From: an uncultured Bacteroidales bacterium
Lineage (GTDB): Bacteria; Bacteroidota; Bacteroidia; Bacteroidales; TTA-H9
Assembly (NCBI GenBank): GCA_964444785.1
Contig: CAYUII010000005.1
Span: 101,500-165,499 of the forward strand
DNA length: 64,000 nucleotides
Direction: 5' to 3'
Shown: one piece after another, positions 57,693 through 64,000 of the stretch
Layout: each line of letters opens with the position of its first letter
How positions within the stretch are numbered: the first letter of the stretch is position 1
The notes under the pieces: generated by a model
Database searches by the model: none
Told to the model about the DNA's origin: nothing
What the model saw: the letters and a program-made list of their open reading frames with translations, nothing else
Position numbers and translations under genes: made by a program

Positions 57693-60600
57693 ATGCTGTT
57701 ACAGATTGCACGATTTGAGTTGCTTTACCGTCTTAGACGGCCTGCAACGTGGCTATATTTTATATTGTTTCTGACCATCTGCCTCCTTATGGTTATGGTA
57801 GAGGGTGTAACAGTAGGAGGAGTCCCTTCAGCTGCTAATAAAAATGCTCCCTATAGCATCGCATTAGTCATGGGCATCTTTACTGCCTTTGGAATTATGG
57901 TCACCTCTGCAATGATGAGTACTCCGATTATTCGCGACTTTGAGCATTCTACACATCCACTTATCTTCAGCCTGCCGATCTCTAAATGGCAATATCTGGG
58001 TGGTCGGTATTTGGGATCGTTGATAATGACTTTGTTTGTCTTTCTCTCTTTACCTATCGGCCTAATGCTTGGGTATGGCCTAAGTTTGATATTTGGACTG
58101 CATGTTGATAAGTTTGGGTCGTTCTCATTATGGTCATACTTTCAACCATTTCTCTTTATAGCTATTCCGAATATCCTGTTTGCCGGATCCGTTTTCTTTG
58201 CACTGTCAACGCTGACAAAAAAAGTGGTATATAGTTATCTTGGTAATATAGTACTACTTGTTGGCTATGTTGTCGCTATTAACCTTATTGGCGATATGGA
58301 TAATCTCAAAATTGCTGCTTTGTTTGATCCTTTTGGTATTATCTCTTTGCAGCAAATAGTAAGATACTGGACTGTCAGTGAGTTTAATGCCCTGTTAGTA
58401 ACTCCTGACTGGTTATTTATGCTCAATAGGGTTATATGGATTGGTATTGGTGCACTTTTAATGGCTTTTACCCTATGGAAGTTTAGTTTTACTCTTCCTA
58501 GCACTAGAAAAACGAAAGTTAAGATTGATGAGCTTCCTATCTTAAAGAACTCATTAAATGACTTCTTTCCAAAATCAATTCAACGATTTTCATTTTCAGG
58601 TCATTTACTGTTAATGGTTAAACAGGCTTGGCTGTATTTTGTTGGTATTATTAAAGATATTGCATTTATTGCCATAATGCTTGCTGGTGTAGGATTAGTA
58701 GCATCCGGTGCAATATCTATGGGCTCACATTATAGTACCGACTATTTACCCGTCACCTATTCTATGCTGGAGTCATTAGGTGGAAGTTTTGTGCTTTTTA
58801 TCTATATAATTCTCACATTTTATTCAGGAGAGCTTATCTGGAAGGAGCGATCTGTTAAACTGAATCAGATATATGATACTTTCCCTGTCCCCGATTGGTT
58901 GAGTTATTCAGCCAAATTCTTAGGCATGGTGTTTTTGACCCTCTTCATGCTGCTCTTGTTGATAATCATCTGTATTGGAGTTCAGGTAAGTCATAGTTAC
59001 TATCATTTTGAGATAGGACAGTATTTATACTCTCTTTTTGTATTGGAATTTTCATCATATCTCCTTTTAATTCCAGTAATTCTTCTTATACATGCACTCT
59101 CGCCAAATAAGTTTGTAGGGTTTGTCATTGTAATGGTATACTATCTCTTAGTCTCTGCTTTACCAGGTATTGGGGTAGATGATCGCTTGTTTGTGCCTTT
59201 GAGTGGTTCTAGCTACGTCTATAGTGATATGAATGGTTATGGAGATTATCTGACAAGCTTTTTCTGGTTTACCCTATACTGGGGCTTTTTCTCTGTTATG
59301 CTATGGATTATTGGTAACGCCGCTTTGCCACGGGGCACTGAGACTAGCTTTAGGAGCATTATTAACAGAGTCAGATATCGTATTAAGAAAAGAGGCTTGA
59401 AATATGCCCTAATTATTGCAATAGTTGGGTTCTTTCTGTCAGGTGGTTTTATCTGGTATAATACTCATGTGATAAATAAGTTTTTTAGTACAAAGGATAG
59501 CGAGAAACTTGCCGTTAAATTTGAGAATAGCTACAAGTTCTTAAAAGCAAAGGCTCAACCAAATATTACCGCCTGTGATGTCAATGTGGATATATTTCCG
59601 GATGAGAGGCGAGTAGAGATAAATGGTCAGTTTTGGTTGAAAAACACTAACAAAGTTACCGTTGATACAGTCTATCTCAATCTTCCTGCCGGTACGATCT
59701 TGTCACTTAGTGATATGAGAGTTGGGGGGGTGAAGGCCGACTTGGTTGATCCCTATTTTGGGCTTTATAAAATTGATTTAAAGAGTCCGATGAAACCAGG
59801 TGATAGCTCTTTACTTATTTTTAAATACAAACTGGAACCTAAAGGATTTAGTGCAGACGGTCCGGAAACATGGCTAGCTGGCAATGGTTCATTCTTCAAT
59901 AGTAAGGAGGTTCTACCAGTTGTTGGATACAATGCGGGTCAAGAGCTATCAAGCAAAGATAAACGTAAGAAGTATAATCTGCCTGTTAAGCCTGGTATGC
60001 CCCCAATCAATGATACTGCTATGTGGTATAATACCTATCTTGGAAACGATGGGCATTGGATTGATTTTAAAGCCACAGTAAGCACGAGCAGTTCGCAGAT
60101 TGCTCTTGCTCCTGGTGAGTTGAAGAAGCAATGGAAAGTAGGGGATAGGAACTACTATAGATATGAATCCAAGTCGAAGATTCTGAACTTCTATTCATTC
60201 CTCTCTGCGAGGTATGAGGTTAAGAAGGAGGATTACAAAGGGATATCGCTTGAGATCTACTATCACAAAGGGCACGAGTATAATCTTCAGAGTATGTTTA
60301 AGGCGATGAAGTCTAGTCTGGACTACTTCCAGAAGAATTTTAGTCCTTATCAGAATAATACGCTTAGAATAGTCGAGTTTCCCAGATATGCCTCATTTGC
60401 GCAGAGTTTTCCTGCAACAATACCTTATAGTGAGTCAATAGGGTTTATTGCCGATCTACGTGATAAGGATGCGATTGACTATATCTTTTATGTTACTGCC
60501 CATGAAATTGCACATCAATGGTGGGCTCATCAGGTCATAGGTGCAAATGTTCAGGGCGCTACTCTGATGAGTGAGGCATTGGCTCAGTACTCGGCCTTGA

Positions 60601-61277
60601 TGGTTATGGAAAAAGAGTACGGCAAAGGCAAAATGAGGCGATTCTTGAAGTATGAATTGGATAAGTATCTTACCAGTAGAAAATATGAGACGGATAGAGA
60701 ATGGCCTATTGGTCTAAACGAGAATCAAGGTTATATTCACTACAACAAGGGAAGTCTTGTTATGTATGCTTTAAGAGACTATATCGGTGAGGATAGTCTT
60801 AATAGAGCCTTAGCAGGTTTTGTTAACGACTTTGCCTATTGTGATCCACCTTTTCCCAGGTCTTATCAGTTCCTTGAATACTTAAGGAGGGCAACTCCCG
60901 ATTCCATGCAATATCTCATAAAGGATATGTTTGAAACTATAACACTCTATTCGAATCGTTGTGTGAGTGCTGATGCCCGGAAGTTAAACAATGGAAAGTA
61001 TGAGGTAACGCTGGTTATAAGCTCTGACAAGTTAAGATGCGATGAAAAGGGGGTAGAGTCTCCAATTACATATGCAGATTATATCGATGTCGGATTACTT
61101 AAGGGAAAGGATCTGCAAGAAGATGTTCTGGAAATGCGGAAAGTCTTGTTGAAAAAAGGAGAAACAACGGTAACGTTTGTGGTCGATGAATTGCCAGATA
61201 GTGGTGGTGTTGATCCATTAAATAAGCTGATTGACCGAGATTCAGATGATAACCGAATGACGATTACTCTTAAGTAA
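57693..61277 (+). CDS. ABC-2 permease (two TM blocks) fused to a C-terminal M1 family aminopeptidase
   Basis: N-terminal ~590 aa multi-TM; C-terminal HEIAHQWW-x-SEALAQY zinc motif (HEXXH-18-E), YNKG; FAQSF in place of GAMEN. Confidence 0.9.
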   Translation: MLLQIARFELLYRLRRPATWLYFILFLTICLLMVMVEGVTVGGVPSAANKNAPYSIALVMGIFTAFGIMVTSAMMSTPIIRDFEHSTHPLIFSLPISKWQYLGGRYLGSLIMTLFVFLSLPIGLMLGYGLSLIFGLHVDKFGSFSLWSYFQPFLFIAIPNILFAGSVFFALSTLTKKVVYSYLGNIVLLVGYVVAINLIGDMDNLKIAALFDPFGIISLQQIVRYWTVSEFNALLVTPDWLFMLNRVIWIGIGALLMAFTLWKFSFTLPSTRKTKVKIDELPILKNSLNDFFPKSIQRFSFSGHLLLMVKQAWLYFVGIIKDIAFIAIMLAGVGLVASGAISMGSHYSTDYLPVTYSMLESLGGSFVLFIYIILTFYSGELIWKERSVKLNQIYDTFPVPDWLSYSAKFLGMVFLTLFMLLLLIIICIGVQVSHSYYHFEIGQYLYSLFVLEFSSYLLLIPVILLIHALSPNKFVGFVIVMVYYLLVSALPGIGVDDRLFVPLSGSSYVYSDMNGYGDYLTSFFWFTLYWGFFSVMLWIIGNAALPRGTETSFRSIINRVRYRIKKRGLKYALIIAIVGFFLSGGFIWYNTHVINKFFSTKDSEKLAVKFENSYKFLKAKAQPNITACDVNVDIFPDERRVEINGQFWLKNTNKVTVDTVYLNLPAGTILSLSDMRVGGVKADLVDPYFGLYKIDLKSPMKPGDSSLLIFKYKLEPKGFSADGPETWLAGNGSFFNSKEVLPVVGYNAGQELSSKDKRKKYNLPVKPGMPPINDTAMWYNTYLGNDGHWIDFKATVSTSSSQIALAPGELKKQWKVGDRNYYRYESKSKILNFYSFLSARYEVKKEDYKGISLEIYYHKGHEYNLQSMFKAMKSSLDYFQKNFSPYQNNTLRIVEFPRYASFAQSFPATIPYSESIGFIADLRDKDAIDYIFYVTAHEIAHQWWAHQVIGANVQGATLMSEALAQYSALMVMEKEYGKGKMRRFLKYELDKYLTSRKYETDREWPIGLNENQGYIHYNKGSLVMYALRDYIGEDSLNRALAGFVNDFAYCDPPFPRSYQFLEYLRRATPDSMQYLIKDMFETITLYSNRCVSADARKLNNGKYEVTLVISSDKLRCDEKGVESPITYADYIDVGLLKGKDLQEDVLEMRKVLLKKGETTVTFVVDELPDSGGVDPLNKLIDRDSDDNRMTITLK

Positions 61278-61315
61278 CTTCTAGTATAACTGATTTTATC
61301 GGATTAGTGGAAAAA

Positions 61316-61356
61316 GAAGCAGGAGACAAAAGGTTTAACCTTTATCTCCTGCTTTT
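61316..61356. terminator. Bidirectional terminator between the ABC-M1 and SpoIIE genes
   Basis: GAAGCAGGAGA...TCTCCTGCTTTT between convergent genes. Confidence 0.7.
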
Positions 61357-61417
61357 AATATTTCAATAGTGTTGTTTCTTAGTTGGAGGGTTATTCTTTG
61401 TTGTTTAGGAGGTAGTT

Positions 61418-62602
61418 TTATATAAATTTCATCTCGACCTCTTTCAGGAACTTCTCTTCTAGAAGGCGTGCAATACGTTTTACCACAGTTCTTCTGATTT
61501 CAAGTTCAACCGGTAAGTTTGGGTCTTGGTGCGCAATGTTGATCTTTGTTCCTATTAAGAAGTTGATTTTATCGCTATCAAGAAGCATTTTTACGATACG
61601 ATCGGCGGGGCCTTTACCAAGCCTCATCTGATTATTATAGTTTTTAAGCAGGTCATTGACTTTGCTTAGTGTTAGAATCCCTTCGGTGATCAGGTCTACT
61701 CCCGGCATATAAGAGACTGGGGGGAGATCTGGATCATCGAAGTCGAAGGAATCTTCAATGGTCTCTTTAAGTTCTCTTGCTACAATATCTGCTGTTGTGG
61801 CACCACAGAGAATCTTCTTTCCTTCAAAGGCCCTAACGATATTTCCATACTCTTCGTCACGATCTTCCTCAAACGGGGGGCCTGTGACGATTAATAGTTT
61901 TCGAGGTTCTCTAAAGTAGATAACAGCGCATGAAGTGTCATCTTTTGAAGAGTATCGGTCGTTGATATGGGCATAGTTAACCACTTTTGCAGCGATCTTT
62001 GAGGCAGAGAGGCTTGGTTCATGATGAATCAGTCCAAGTATATACTCTTCTGTTGCATCTCTGCCCCAGCCAAAGGGGTATTTTTCACTGCCCATGCCCG
62101 ATTGAGCTACTCCATCGCTCATAAAAACTATCCTATCTCCAAGTTTCGGGTAGAAACGGCATGTGCGTAGAATCTTGCCTCTGTTCCGTTCGCTCTCCAT
62201 GGTGATGTTTTCCCAGTTTGGGTTCAGGGGTTTGTTTCCTCTTAAGATGATGCATTGGGGGTTGTCATATTCAAGAATGCGCGTCTCTCCGTCGGCCTCT
62301 ATATCGACAATGGTAAAGGTGGAGTATGATATCTTGCGTTCAGAACAGATGGGTAGTGTATTCATGATGATCTCAGCAATAACTTGAACATCTTTGTGTT
62401 CCTCCGCAAAGTTGATGGCCATGGTCGCTGTTAAAGTAGCTAAAACATTAGCTTTAACACCATGACCCATGCCATCACTTAACACTGCAATAATGCGCCC
62501 CTCCTCCTTTATTTTCCTTGAAAGAAAGACATCTCCACAGATCTTCTCCCCGGTATGATTGATCTGATGGCACCTAACCTCTAAATGGAATTTCTCTTGC
62601 AT
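61418..62602 (-). CDS. SpoIIE/PP2C-type Ser/Thr phosphatase (HfsC-like)
   Basis: GDVF, LSDGMGHG, SYSTFTI, MSDG, DDTSC; C-terminal TGPP...CGATTA...EGILTL; 2-nt gap after the hydrogenase-like gene. Confidence 0.88.
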   Translation of the reverse strand: MQEKFHLEVRCHQINHTGEKICGDVFLSRKIKEEGRIIAVLSDGMGHGVKANVLATLTATMAINFAEEHKDVQVIAEIIMNTLPICSERKISYSTFTIVDIEADGETRILEYDNPQCIILRGNKPLNPNWENITMESERNRGKILRTCRFYPKLGDRIVFMSDGVAQSGMGSEKYPFGWGRDATEEYILGLIHHEPSLSASKIAAKVVNYAHINDRYSSKDDTSCAVIYFREPRKLLIVTGPPFEEDRDEEYGNIVRAFEGKKILCGATTADIVARELKETIEDSFDFDDPDLPPVSYMPGVDLITEGILTLSKVNDLLKNYNNQMRLGKGPADRIVKMLLDSDKINFLIGTKINIAHQDPNLPVELEIRRTVVKRIARLLEEKFLKEVEMKFI

Positions 62603-62604
62603 GG

Positions 62605-64000
62605 TTATAGGTTTTCATCATCATCACCAGGTAGGTGTTGCTCATCATTTCTTTCATTGGCATAGGTTTGGACAATGCTATTAAGCATCTTCTCGACCTT
62701 TGCAGCACCATCTCCAAGCAAAAAACCAATCTTCTGAACCATTTCAAGGTTCTCTGTGATAGCCTCGTTGACTCTTTGTAGAATCTGTTCTTTCCTTACC
62801 TCTGGAACATACATGTCTCTGATTACTGCTCCGACAATCTTTCCTTTTTTGATGGTAAAGACACTGACATTAAGAAGGGTCTCGTTGAAGCGGGTGTCTT
62901 TGTTCGTAATGTTTTCATCGTTCTTTAGGACAAACGAAAACATATTATAAAAGTTGAATGGGATTAGGCTCTTAAGATCGGCTCCAACTAGCCCTGGAAT
63001 AACCTCATTAATCATTTGAGCATCCTCGCCAAGCAAATCAATAAAGGTCATGTTCGCTTGAAGAATCTTCATTTCATCATTAACAATGACGATGCCAGAA
63101 GGCAGTTTCTGCATCATTGCTGTAATGATTTCCGAGGCCTCTTGAGCTGCTTGCTGCTCGGCTCGAGCCCTTAGTTCAGAGTCTTTGAGGGCAGACTCTG
63201 TTCGAGCGAGTTTTTCGTTTGTGGTTTTGAGTGTTTTGATATACTCAGATTGACTTCTGAGATTAAAAGTAAGACACATCTCAGGTTTAGCCAGCCCTTT
63301 ACTTACAGCAATAGCCAATTCATTGCATGAATCATAACCACAGGCTCCGCATCCTCTATGAGCTTCATCTTCTTTCTTCCCGATAACTTTAAGAACTTCG
63401 TTGATCCTATCTTGTGGTGGCATAGGAATACGTTGATCATCATTCACAAATGATCTAGAGAAGTCTAATGATTTGTATAGATTAATGTCCGTTTCCCAGT
63501 CTGCCTTATCGAAGGTCTTAAGTCTCTTGTTTACATAGTCTGTTGTAAGTGTTCTCCTGATGAATTTTTGGCCATCTCTACTGGTGCCAGGGCCCATTTG
63601 GCAACCATCGCAATAGTAGATATCGAAATGTCTTCTGATGGTTTCAGAGGAGGTCTTAAATGTTTTAACGGCTTCAAGGAAGTTGTCTCGGCCTTCGGTT
63701 GCGATTATGGTGCCGGTTAGAAGGGAATCATCAATTCCGGCAGCTTGAACCAAGCCATTACATAGAGGGTAGAGAGACCCGGTATAACCTATTGGGCCGT
63801 CAAAGTCAGAGTATTCCAGAGTAGATTCAGTAATATTGTTTTCTTCAAATAGTTGCCTCAGTTCGGTAAACGTAATGACCGCATTAATGTTGGCAGTGTC
63901 AATAAAGAGTTCAGCTTCATGTTTTGCCGAGATGCACGGCCCAATGAAAACAACATTAATGGGGGTTTCGTACTTCTTTCGAACCACCATTGCAGTAGCT
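62605..64000 (-). CDS. Group C (sensory, HydS/HfsB-like) [FeFe]-hydrogenase-like protein with FeS and PAS-like domains; 5' part outside the window
   Basis: FIGPCISAKHEA (L2-like), DIYYCDGCQMGPG (L3-like), CGACGYDSC...EMC FeS motif, coiled coil, PAS-like LPSGIVIVN...ANMTF; reading frame stays open to the window edge. Confidence 0.8.
   Translation of the reverse strand, partial: ATAMVVRKKYETPINVVFIGPCISAKHEAELFIDTANINAVITFTELRQLFEENNITESTLEYSDFDGPIGYTGSLYPLCNGLVQAAGIDDSLLTGTIIATEGRDNFLEAVKTFKTSSETIRRHFDIYYCDGCQMGPGTSRDGQKFIRRTLTTDYVNKRLKTFDKADWETDINLYKSLDFSRSFVNDDQRIPMPPQDRINEVLKVIGKKEDEAHRGCGACGYDSCNELAIAVSKGLAKPEMCLTFNLRSQSEYIKTLKTTNEKLARTESALKDSELRARAEQQAAQEASEIITAMMQKLPSGIVIVNDEMKILQANMTFIDLLGEDAQMINEVIPGLVGADLKSLIPFNFYNMFSFVLKNDENITNKDTRFNETLLNVSVFTIKKGKIVGAVIRDMYVPEVRKEQILQRVNEAITENLEMVQKIGFLLGDGAAKVEKMLNSIVQTYANERNDEQHLPGDDDENL

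Noticed and set aside
11-63990. Many 60-122 aa ORFs in the track that overlap larger genes, mostly antisense (e.g. 9947-10276, 10219-10590, 12274-12642, 39892-40260, 43704-44093)
   Set aside because: Shadow frames of well-supported genes, with no recognisable motifs or independent expression signals

Overview
Chromosomal window from an AT-rich Bacteroidota genome, most likely an anaerobic Bacteroidales-like organism. Evidence for this: T9SS C-terminal sorting domains, TAnnTTTG sigmaA promoters and a group C-type [FeFe]-hydrogenase-like gene. It has about 48 CDS: housekeeping genes (purB, lepA, valS, yebC, HU, CCA-adding enzyme), amino-acid catabolism (hutI, ftcd, arcC-arcB), several secreted or surface peptidases (C1, two C10, an ABC-M1 fusion), an RND operon, a tandem thioredoxin triad and an ECF sigma/anti-sigma pair. 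There is one tRNA-Val(GAC). I found no CRISPR array, prophage or intact IS. The strongest non-annotated signals are: (i) an identical ECF-type promoter (AGCTGTAACAT-N15-CGTCACA) before both the sigma gene and a GIN/beta-barrel gene, with a near-match before the ABC-M1 operon; (ii) a dispersed family of intergenic inverted elements built from ~11-nt purine/pyrimidine-skewed units; (iii) a candidate ~170-190 nt rod-shaped ncRNA upstream of HU; (iv) a tiny PID-CTERM-like protein that is almost only signal peptide plus anchor; (v) three thioredoxins apparently sorted to different compartments, divergent from a stand-alone IS1595-type zinc-ribbon gene; (vi) a sensory hydrogenase-like protein with altered H-cluster motifs. 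All protein calls come from motif recognition by eye; no database searches were run.
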